A stretch of DNA of 64,000 nt from Paraphysomonas bandaiensis (Eukaryota; Protista; Chrysophyceae), in NCBI GenBank assembly GCA_965644295.1, contig CBFFRP010000312.1:33243-97242 (forward strand). The letters are read 5' to 3'. The translations under genes and the position numbers were made by a program. This document shows positions 53,546 through 64,000 of the stretch, in pieces; position 1 is the first letter of the stretch; each line of letters opens with the position of its first letter. The notes beneath the pieces are model-generated. The model was not told the origin of the DNA and did no database searches. It worked only from the letters and a program-made list of their open reading frames with translations.

Positions 53546-56500
53546 ATGAGTGCCTCGACCCCCACTCCTCTGGATCCTGCTATCGAGGAGCGTATCCAGA
53601 AGTTCATCAGATCTGCCTTTAATGGCGACATAGTGAGATCCTATCCTTATATTGAAGTGACTTGTTCACCAGTATGTGTTTAGGATGCTAATATTTCTAT
53701 AGAAGCAGAACTGTCTTCCTGTTTATTCGCTCAACGACAGAATCAGTCTCGCGATTGTGATGAATTGTTAGAAGAAATTCGAAAGCAAGGACCGAGACAA
53801 GTGTGTCAGTACCAGTTTAAGAAGAATGACATTGTCTGGATATGTCGGTCATGTCAAACTGATGAAACATGCGTGCAATGCAACGAGTGCTTTCAAAATG
53901 CCGTGCATGAGGGTCATGAGGTGTATTTCTATCACTCTCAGGCGGGTGGGTGCTGTGACTGCGGTGATGCGGGGGCCTGGAAACCAGAAGGCTTTTGCAC
54001 ACGACACGGAAATATTAGTGTAGACCCAATGACAAATGTTCCCGATGATATTAAGGCAACTGGAAGTACAATTGTTTCGTGTATTGCGGATGAGTGGGTG
54101 GCGTATTGTTTACAGTATGTCAAGAATTATGATTTTAGTAATTGGGAAGGTGAAGAAGGAGTAGGATACAATGTAGTTCTCCATAGTGATGACGTGCACA
54201 CTGTTTCTGAAGTTATGGATGCAGTATCAGAGGTACTTTACGCGCTGTTTGTGCATGTCATGTTTAGATCTCCCCCTGTGTGGTTTTTCTTTCTCAATTA
54301 TGACTCTGCTGTTTAGGCTGATGTTTCTAATAGCGAGACAGAAGTCCTGGCGAAACGTGTTAACGATAAGGGCTCATTCGCTCAGGGCTCATTTACAGTT
54401 GGATCTATATCTGATTTTTTTACTGCTCGATCCCGGGCCACGATTTTGGCGGCTCACAATTTGCATGTCAGTGTGGTGAGGGAAGGGGAAGAAAAGCGGG
54501 TTGCAGCTTTTCTGGCAACTGTGCGATGGCTATATCGTCTTGCTCAGACAAGTGATGGAATGTGCCGTATGGTGTGCGTTGGATTAACTATTCCGCATCT
54601 ACGTACAATGATGGAAGCTGATATTCGTTTAAGCAAAGACGTTGTGGCCCCATTACATAACCTCTATCTCACTTTAATGGCCGATCAACCGTTCAAAATT
54701 GCAATATCTCGAGCATATGCTCTTGCTTTCTCAGCTGTAGCCGAATTGTACGGAAAGGGGATTGGAACTTCAGAAAACTCGTTGTTTGGAATTAGTGTGC
54801 AATTTTTGAACCGTTATATGTACGTCGAAGGCATGCTTTTGGAATATAACTTCCTCCAGTCCGTGTCATCATCCTTACTCAAAATATTAAAACCAACGCG
54901 AGATGAATTTGCTACGTCACCTATTCTTATTCACAGGAGATATAACCCCCTTATAGGTGATTTGAAAGTGATCTTTACTCTCCCAGATACGTCAAGGTTT
55001 TTCTGTGGAACCTGTATGGATGACATGCTGGAAATATTTGTTCTGTTTCAGTATCTCCATCCGCAGACCCGTAACGTTGTCATGCACGTTGAGTTTGAGA
55101 GTCGAGATTGGATGCATGCATTTAACTTATACCTTGGGTTTGGGTCACTTTTTGACTACCTCGTGAACTGGTACGAGTCACCCTCTTCTGTAGAACCCAT
55201 GACCATGCCTAACTCTCAGCAGAAATTACCAACTGTTTTCGAACACATGAAACAAGTAGTACATGCAGTTGCTAGTTGGCAGACCAAATTTTTGGAATCT
55301 GTAGTTTGGGATGTAATGCCGCGTATGCCCTCGGTGGGAGGACACATCCCTCTATATGCAGAGTTAGAAAACAAAAGCTTTCACTTGTTCACGCACCGTT
55401 TTTTTGCTACCTGTATCCGGGAGTCTTGCCGATACCTTCACCTTTACCAGCCCCTACAAGACATGCAGAGCTACGTGGCCGCTAGTCAAGAAACTCTGGG
55501 AATAGTTGCCTTGGTTGATTTTCCACTGGTGGACATTGTGTGGGAATGTCAGATCCGAAGTGGTATGTGGAGAAGAAATGGACAGGTGCGGAGAATTCAT
55601 CTCCGCTGCAACACTTGCTTGTAATTGCGGAAGGAAATTATTTACTATATGTGTATTGTCCGTACTATGTATAATAGAATATAAAAATATTTAATATGAT
55701 GTGCTTGGTTTCTAGATTATGTTGGACCAGATATTGAATTATGCTGAACCTCCATTTTGCCGCATTTTTAAGGACCTAGATATATTGCTTATACAGGTAG
55801 ATATATTACCACCTCGTAGTGGCGTAATGTGTTGTAATTCTCTACGTTTAGTTTTTGGCGACTGTATACGGATCTAATCGTTTGTTCAATCATATAATCC
55901 ATCGGTTTGGTTTGTTTGAGTATCTTTCCAGCAAGAAAAGCACTGGTCGTCAAGTAGACTCTTCTGCGACTGAACAGCTTTTGGAGGAGATGATTACATT
56001 TCTCATCACTCTTGTTACAGAATTGCCATTACCGGCCTACGAGAATCCAGCTGATCGAGTAAAAATTATGCTGCGGCGAGAGGTGGTACATAAACTTGTT
56101 GGAGGACCGTGCACGTACTCCGATCTACAAGAAACCATGGGTTTAATACCTGACAGTGATAAAGTCAAGTCTTCATTGTTGGATAATGTCATAGATTCTA
56201 TTGCAGAGTGGCTAGAAGGCACAGCACTGGAACCATCGAAGCTTCGGCTCAAAGAGCGTGCATGGTCGGAGTACGATCCCGCTTTCCCGCATACACTGCA
56301 TAAGACACACCAAGCTGCATTGGAAAGCCGCCCGAAGCTGAAATATGCTCAACCTATCGTACCCCCACCCCCCGTGGCCCACCCTGCTTTTGCTGCAGCT
56401 CGCGTTCTACTGCTCAGCGACCGTGCCCTTCTCTCAGTTGTACGGGATATAATATACTCCTATACTGCCAGCAGACGGGTTGTTGGAGCGGCTTCGGAGG

Positions 56501-59500
56501 CATACTTTTACATATGTTCTGAGTGGCAGCTCAAGTGCTCCCTGTCAGGATTTACAAAAGTTTTGCAATTAATGACACTCGTTATGCACAATGCCTTCAC
56601 AGTCGATCCTGCGCCAATGTATTTAGCTGGGTATGATAGGGAACTCTGTGGGAATGCCGGAGTTCCATCTCCAGCAGATCGGAGGGAAATGCTGTCAAGT
56701 TTTATGCGGGAGTCCCCTGATGTAGTGGCATCGACCGATAGGGTGGTAACCCTTCCACCGCTGATTGTTTGTCTAATGGATCTGCATAGTTCGTTGAGTA
56801 ATGCGGGTGTGGATGACCCCATTAAGCAATGGGTGCTGTGGGTAATTAGCAAGGTCGGTGAGCTATGCTCGAAATGCCAAGCTATTGTCGAAGAAAGAAT
56901 GCAGAAACAATTGGACGAGAAGCGTATGTTGGAATTACAAGAGCGACGTGACCGCGCTCGTGAAAGGGCAATGCAAGCCATGAAAAAATCCGCCACATCA
57001 TTTGCAGCCCACATCGAAGGCATGTCTGATGATGAGGACGATGATGTGATGGATACTAATGGAGAGGATAAGCTGGAATGTATTGTATGCCGTGATCAGG
57101 ACAACAAGGATCACATCGGATATCTTGCATTTTCGCAGGTGCTCTCGTATTTGACTGTATTTACGTTTTTTCAAACTAGAACTTACAGGCATCTCGCTAC
57201 TTTCATCATTCTTTCTCTGAAATTCATCTCGATGATGTCAGCAATGAACATGCGAAGAGGAGCCCAGATCTACATATTCAGGTATCACTTACGTGGACAA
57301 CAACTCTAACATCATTTAACGAATACAGTTTTGTGGCCATGCAATGCATTTAGGGTGCTTTGACTCTTACCTCGCTATGATCATAGAGAGATCAGGCATG
57401 CAGAATGGTAAGACTCTGCTTGTAGCGCGTTGTTGGTTTTACCTTTGTTTCCATTCCATATGCTTATGTCTTGGTACAAGTACGCCTAATACTTCGAACA
57501 GGGCTCATACTTAATACCAATCGCGGACAATACCAGTGCCCTCTGTGCAAGAAGATTGGCAATGTACTCGTACCGAGTGTTCAAGGAGGTTCTAAGAGCA
57601 ATTCGGATTTTAAGAAAACAGCTCTATGTGATCATTCTGGATGGGTAAAATGGGCAGCAGGAGCGGAACATCGGCCTAGGATTCGAGGGAACATAGGCAT
57701 TTCATCGGACGAGGAGTCCGAGGAGCTTGACAAGTCTGCTGACGTTAGGGGAACAGAAGAGGTCGCTATGGATATGGAATCGTCGTTGTCTGCAGAACGA
57801 ATGATTGCTTGTGGTGGCGCAGAAACAGACGGACATAGAACAGGAAGCAGGTTGTGTTGTGTGTTCTATACAATATTTCGGTGTATGACTTTATACCCTT
57901 AAAATAGCTTAACTGGTTCGATAGCTGACTTTTTCCGACGAATAACATCATCAACTGATGGTGAGGATCTTTCAAGCGGCCTGTCCGGTCGAACAACGAG
58001 AAGTCTTAGTGAAGGAGCAGTACATATGGCCAGCGCTGAGCAGAACGAAGCTCTGCGAGTGGAAAAAGAGCATACTATGCTTTTCCGGTGTGAATAAATA
58101 TGTAGTACTTTTGATATTGATATTTGACAATGTTATCTGAATGGATTGAATGTATCACAGGACTTATTTGTCGCCATGGTCTCATTGTAATACGCAGATA
58201 CTTAGGGGATTTATGTGAGCCCGTGTTGGGCCAATCTCCGTTCGTGGAAACCAATTACTATTACTCTTCTCTTCCGGACTACTTGCGTATGAGTTTAGCA
58301 TCGGTGTCGTTCTCTCTCTCTACAGATGTAATGGACAAGGGTGCATTTTGGCATCTTGGTCAAGGTGCATGTGCTCTTTATGATGCATCTCATACTAACT
58401 CTGCTTGTCAAAGGGGACAAAAAATCTACTGGAGTTGATATATATCAGCATATTGGCAAGCATGTATCGTGTATAGGCAAGGCGATGCATGTGTTTGGTA
58501 TTCGAGATGTTTTGAAGGATAGATTGTTTGCTAGCATTCGTGGAAGAGCACTCTCATCGACAAGATGGCCGGAAAGAATTATTTTAGCACCTTCTGCACT
58601 GAACCGGGTACCAACAAATTTTTTGACCACAGTCGAGGAGTCTTGGTTTGCAAACCCTCTACTAGCAATGCCATTACTCGATGCTGTGGTGCTGGTTTTG
58701 AGCCTCTATTTTGATGAGGAAGACAGCATTGCAGTGTTGAAATCGCCAGAGCAACCAACTGATGCACCTAATTTCGAAATGGATGAAGATTTTAGTATGG
58801 ACGACCCTGAAATGTGTGAAGAAGACGGCCAAAACGATAGACAGACATCATGTGTTGGAAATATGGACATTGTGTCGTCCATTCGTTGGATCTGTATAGC
58901 TTATTTAGTTCAGACGATTATTGGAGAAATGGAATCAATAAAAAATAGTCCAGTCTCAGGTGCTCTCGGTGTATTCTGTTGTATCGCACACGCATAATTT
59001 TATCGAAACCTGTGACGTAATATACACCTTTTTGAGCCTCATACACGATGCTGACGACGTTTGTTTTTTATTAGGCGAAGTAGTCCCGCAGTCTGTGGGT
59101 AGCAAACGGCACGTGGATCTTGGTGATGAAGATTATGAGTGTATGGAAAGTGAGCCCTTTTCTCCGTCAGGCAGTGAGAACGACATATCCTCGTGGAGTA
59201 TCTCTGAAGCATTGTTGAGACCACTCGTAAATACTGTTGGAAAGCATTGTGATTGTATTCAATCTCAGTCTACTGGTGTGGATGCTAAGCCCTGGGGGCG
59301 ACGACTCGGTCTTCGAGGGAAAGATATCAGTGATATGCTGCGTCGAATATTGTTCAAATGGATATTATTCGTGCGCTTCAGTTTGCATGTAATTACACGA
59401 TGTCGTCCCGACCTCACTATATTCTGTCCTAAATATGCCCTCTCCGAATTTCCAGCGTCTGAATCAGATCTCACGGAAGAAGTTGTGCTACTACACCTCC

Positions 59501-60277
59501 GGGCAGTGGGTGTGGCTGATCTTTGCCAGGATGCCTCTGCAGTGGATGCCGTAATGCTCTTGTCAGAGAATTGGATTTGGGCTGCCTCCTCATATCACTC
59601 TCAGCTGTCTGCTTACAGTCACTGGCACTACCCCAGAGCTACCGCGCCTCATTTTGTAGCACTTCCTGAGGCTTACACGAAGCTTCACGGACAGTTGACC
59701 AGCTTATGCAGTTATGATTACCCCGCCATTTGCCTAACGTGTGGGAAAGTATTAGATGCAGGTATTTTGTACAATCACATATTAAGCTAGAGTGTATATT
59801 CATTCTTTCTCAGCTGGAAAGGGTCAGTGTTCCGCCCACGTGAAGTTTTGTGGAGAAGAAGTTGGTATATTCTTTCTACTTCAGGTAGGTGTTTGTATTA
59901 GAACTTCCCGTACTTTAATTTTGACCCCTTTTCACTTGCACTTATATAAACTCTTCGGAGAATAAATATATTTCCTGTGCATTAATGTTGCTGTTACAGG
60001 ATTGCAATCTTTTGCTTCTTTTTGGTATGCGAGGCTGCTACTACTCTGCACCTTATGTTGACTCACATGGGGAGAAGCACAGACATTACCGAGGAAAGCC
60101 GTTGTTTCTGGACATGAAAAGGTGAGCCACAAGTGCGCTTTGTTTCGTCCATTGATTTTAAAATGGATGTGTAGGTTTAATATGTTGACTAAACTTTGGG
60201 CAACACATGGTATTCCTCGTGAGGTCGTGCAGAAGAGATCGACCAGTACCCGTGTAATCATCAACGGTCATTATTAA
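53546..60277 (+). CDS. UBR1: UBR1/UBR2/PRT6-type E3 ubiquitin ligase (N-recognin), multi-exon
   Basis: UBR box CQYQFKKNDIVWICRSCQTDETCVQCNECF...HEGH...GGCCDCGD and ClpS-like YNVVLHSDDVHTVSEV. Also IRSGMWRRNG, LRREVVHKL...TYS, RING-H2 CIVC...CGHAMHLGC...YQCPLCK, and a C-terminal AICLTCG...PYVDSHGE. Confidence 0.96.
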
Positions 60278-61350
60278 GCGAATGTATAACCAGCATAGTG
60301 TTATGAGTCATTTTTCATGTTGACTTTTTGTATACCTCGTCGATAGTTTCACTGAGCTCTTGTGTGGCTATAGAAATTGATAAAATAATTCGCTTCGACA
60401 CCTAGATACAATGCATGACACACTTCTGTCTTTTTTCACTACCGTAAACTTGTACGTACAAGAACCTCGTTGTAGACTCGCTATATTCACCACATTATAA
60501 CTTTATATTCCGCAATTAGTTTAGTATGCTGATAAATTGCAGATTAAATTCAGCTGAGAGAAATACCTTTGTTATAATAGTTCATGAATGAACTCCTTGA
60601 TATTAAATATAAGAATGTCTTATCCCCATTTTCTACAAAGAAATGCTTTTTTGATCTGACTTGGGTTCACCATAACGCTCACATTAGCGCCGGGCTTTCA
60701 ACTTCAATAGTCGGTTCAAATAGTAACTATCATTATCTTTTATCTTAATTGTGATATCACCACAAAGGGATGACTGTAATGCGTGGCTGTACTAGGTTGG
60801 ATTGCTCCTAACCTCTCTAGCTTATCCACCAAACGTTGGAGCTCGCGCTGGCGACTCCTGTCTAACCTCCTGGGAGGCAACTTATTTGCCGGTATAAACC
60901 ACGTTTCAGACGGGTTCCGGACTTCCAACTCAAACGGCTCCAGCTTGGCTGGTTCCCATACGAATTTCTGATCGGAATATCTCGCTTGTATTCCTCCGGG
61001 ACATCCCGGATACGACTCTGCAAGCTCGGGGAACCAAATATCTTATCTGGAAGCACTTGCGGATCCTTTCGCACTTAAATAATCAGAATCAATAGATTCC
61101 AATTGATCATCGCGAATTTCCTTCATATTCTCTCCGGTCCCATGCGGACCTGGTTGAGAAGTTAGAAGGGTCCTCGACCCCAGAGAGAGCAACTGCTCGT
61201 CCACTGGGTATGACCAATCTTCGCCACTGTCACTGATGCGCCTATCTCGAGTGGAGCTAACTCGCTCTTCACCCCAAGATCCTTAATTCTTGCGTAGCGG
61301 TAGACGAACGCTGGCTCGTTCCCCCCACCAAGGGTAAGACGCGTGCACGC

Positions 61351-62751
61351 TTAGGCCCAGAGACACTGCTCCCCAGACTGATCATCTCTCTCTCGCATGA
61401 GGGACTGCGCTGTTTCCTGCGTTGGCTGCCGCCGAGCACTGTCTGCACTCATAAAAGCATTAGGGCAATGTACCACTAAATCTAGTTCTCGTACAGTTTG
61501 CACTCCTAATATAATGTCAAAATTTAAATCTAATTCCCAAGCAGTTATCCTAGCTTGCAACCCCGGTGGCTCCTTTGCCTCCGTAAGGATTTTTACATCA
61601 AAGGGTACACCCCTTCTACACAATGCAATAGCAGACTTAAAGCCACCCGCAATATTCTTAATTACAGGTATTGGAACAGAATCACTCTCTATCAACCACT
61701 GTACAACGTCTTTACTAATAAAGTTCGCCGACGCGCCAGTATCAAGCAGAGCCTTGCACATCCTTTCCTCCCCCTGTTCATTACAAACCATTACTTCTAT
61801 AAATGGTAGTGATGACAACGACTTAAGTGCCATAATGGCCATGACATCAGCGTCTAATTCGCAGGACTCACCCTTAGAGTTTCTCCCATACGAACCGCTC
61901 TGCGTAATCGACCAACCCCCCGTTGGTAAGGTATGGTAACCCGTTCTCGCCAGAATATCCTTGGCCACCGCAGAGTCCCTCCATTTCACCTTTGGGTCAT
62001 TATTTGCCCCTTTCGCTTGCGTAAGCGGGCAGGGTTTCTTTCCCCTATGCCATACCTCCAACCGCCCGCAAACATTACAACGCTCCGAATCTGCCACTCT
62101 AGGCCAATCCGGCTCCTGAAATTTCTCCCTGGACTTCCTCCCTTTCCTCGCAACGTCATTTGACGCCCTCTGCGAGTTCTTGGGAGGAGAGCGAGAGCGA
62201 TTGCGTTTCCCGTCCCTTTGGTCGGAACCCTTCCGCCCTCGCGTGTCAGTCTCGGAAAGGCTATCTGCTGCCTCCCGCGCCCAATGGCGAGTCACAAAGA
62301 TATCGAAAGGCTTCACCAACTCCCAGGAGTCCCTAATCGAAGCCACGGCTTTGTGTACCGCTGACACGTAGCCCAGAAGAGTGCGCTTATCCGCCGGCAA
62401 ATTTTCAAACACCGGCTGCACTTTCTCTGTGAAGAATCTCTTCCTTCTGGCTTGATCATCGTACGGGAGGTCAATTCGAAGAGAACGCTTAAACTCTTCA
62501 ATCCACGCTTTATTCTCCTCGATAGTCCCTTGGCCACTCTCCTTCTCTAGCAGCAGCTTTAGGTCCCCCCCCCACATTCTCACATCTTTCATGCTCTGTA
62601 GAGTGCGGGACTTCCGGGCCCACTCTCGGATACGCTGGAACGGCTCTACCACCTCTACGTGGCCTTGATCCTTTACTATCTTGCGTAAGAAACTGAAAAA
62701 GTCCTCCGCCGAAAGCACCTCAGGATCCACTCCAATCACCCGCCTTTCCAT
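61351..62751 (-). pseudogene. Retrotransposon Gag C-terminus plus aspartic protease fragment
   Basis: 466-aa ORF with a CCHC-like motif and a DTGA active site. Out of frame with the flanking gag and RT fragments. Confidence 0.85.
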
Positions 62752-62896
62752 TCACGTCATCCCGTAAAAGAGTCCAACATTGCCGCCAAGTCCTAGCCGA
62801 AATTAGAGATCTGTCCACTTGCCTCCCTCCACTCTTGAGGGAGTACTGACGAGACTTCTCAATGTAGCTCTCGACTGCTTCCTCGACTCAGAGAGC

Positions 62897-63790
62897 TCAG
62901 TAGAGGTACATCATTGGACGTGACAAGTGAGGGTCCTGCTGGAGGAACTTGAATCCTCCCGGTAGTCCCGACGGACCCCGCTGCAGCGGTGGAGGCTCCC
63001 GCGCACTCCATTCTCCCTGTTGCTGCGTGCCGATTAATGCCGACAACTGCTCAATTTGCCGTTGCATGGCTGCTATAACGCTGTCGGACTCCCTCTCCGA
63101 CTTGCTATATCGACGCGACTTCTCTCTGTCCGAGTCAACCGAATGCCGCGACCTTTTATATTCTCGGCTCCTTGACCGGTCACCCCTTCCCCTGTGGGAC
63201 CGTCCTCGCCTATTCCTACTGCCAGAGCGATCGCGAGGCCGAGATCTCTCCCTTGATCTTCGCCGACCTCTCTCCGACTCATAGGGGCTCTCATTCTGTC
63301 GAGAACTACCCCAATCGCAAGACTCCTCGCTCCAGCTTCGCTTGGAAGCTGCCCTTTCCTTCCTCGCACACTCCTCAATAAACTCCTGCTTTCTCTGCGC
63401 TACCAGACGCTTCACCTCTCGCTTGCGTCGCTTACGACTGTTTTCCTCCCATACTGCTAGCGCCTTCTCATTCTCGTCCTTTGGGGTCTCTTCCGAGCTA
63501 CTCCCCGACAGAACGAGCTCCTCTGTATCGACTCTCCCTTCAACAGATAGAGCTGACGAAACTTCCTCTGCACCAGAATCCTCCTCTGGTGCCACTGATT
63601 CCTCTTCCTCCATAGGAACCATATCCTGCTCCCTCGCAGGCTCATCCCCCACATCACTGGGAAGTTCTCGGTCGGAGGCCTCTGCCTCCTCCCCTTCCCA
63701 CAACACTGGAGGGTCTCGGTTCCACTGGAACCCCCTCTACTTCTTTTCCTACAACGCGTCTAGGCTTTCTAACCCTCTTTGACGTCAGAT
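62897..63790 (-). pseudogene. Retrotransposon Gag N-terminal fragment (acidic, then RS/RE-rich)
   Basis: ORF 62897-63706 lacks an ATG. An upstream frameshifted segment (IPGYSGNLTSKRVRKPRRVVG) begins ATA, possibly a mutated ATG. Confidence 0.65.
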
Positions 63791-64000
63791 TCCCTGAATA
63801 TCCAGGTATTGTAGCTGACAGACACCAAGAGAATGTAGACTAGAGAGATATATGGTTACAGTATGCATATAAGAATCCGCATGTATGTATGAGACTGGCA
63901 TGAAGCAACTGCCTATCGCTATATCACGATCCTGAAGGGATGTGCCCAAAGCCCCCATCCCTGAAGGAGAGTGATCATAAATCTAAACCTAAGGTTTTCC

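Larger units (their letters stand above)
60757..64000 (-). mobile_element. Decayed, 3'-truncated Ty3/Gypsy LTR retrotransposon (gag-pro and the start of RT); 5' end runs off the window
   Basis: GC-richer block with a Zn-knuckle-like CNVCGRLEVWHRGKKPC and aspartic protease ALLDTGASANFIS...FDIILG. RT N-terminus PPRRLD...LERLGAIQPSTATHYSHPFVV is cut off at ~60757. Several frameshifts and stops. Confidence 0.9.

Overview
This is a gene-dense eukaryotic nuclear window with the standard genetic code and many short (~45-60 nt) GT-AG introns. The ORF track therefore mostly shows exon fragments, which I joined by hand. Gene content and intron style suggest a flagellated protist, probably a stramenopile (inference). 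About 19 protein-coding genes are supportable: a MYB factor (cut at the left edge), cyclin H, a TEY MAP kinase, a large Slo/BK-family K+ channel, a CAMK/CHK2-like kinase, a plant-type FKBP12, a signal-peptide-bearing DOPA 4,5-dioxygenase-family protein, MOK/LF4 kinase, BOP1/Erb1, NDUFB4, ATE1, a UBR1-type N-recognin and several unknowns. Repeats include two ~300-bp (TATG)n tracts in divergent promoters, a 45-copy 26-bp near-palindromic minisatellite, hAT-like transposon ends (one 105-bp element has an 8-bp TSD) and a decayed Ty3/Gypsy element at the right edge. The most notable observations are the ATE1-unknown gene-UBR1 neighbourhood (two consecutive Arg/N-degron steps within 2.3 kb), the apparently secreted Cys-rich DOPA-dioxygenase homologue, the atypical filter and gating ring of the Slo channel, the self-complementary minisatellite, and a recurring ACTGCTGTA motif near gene 5' ends. 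No database searches were possible; family calls rest on recognised motifs, and splice models are manual.
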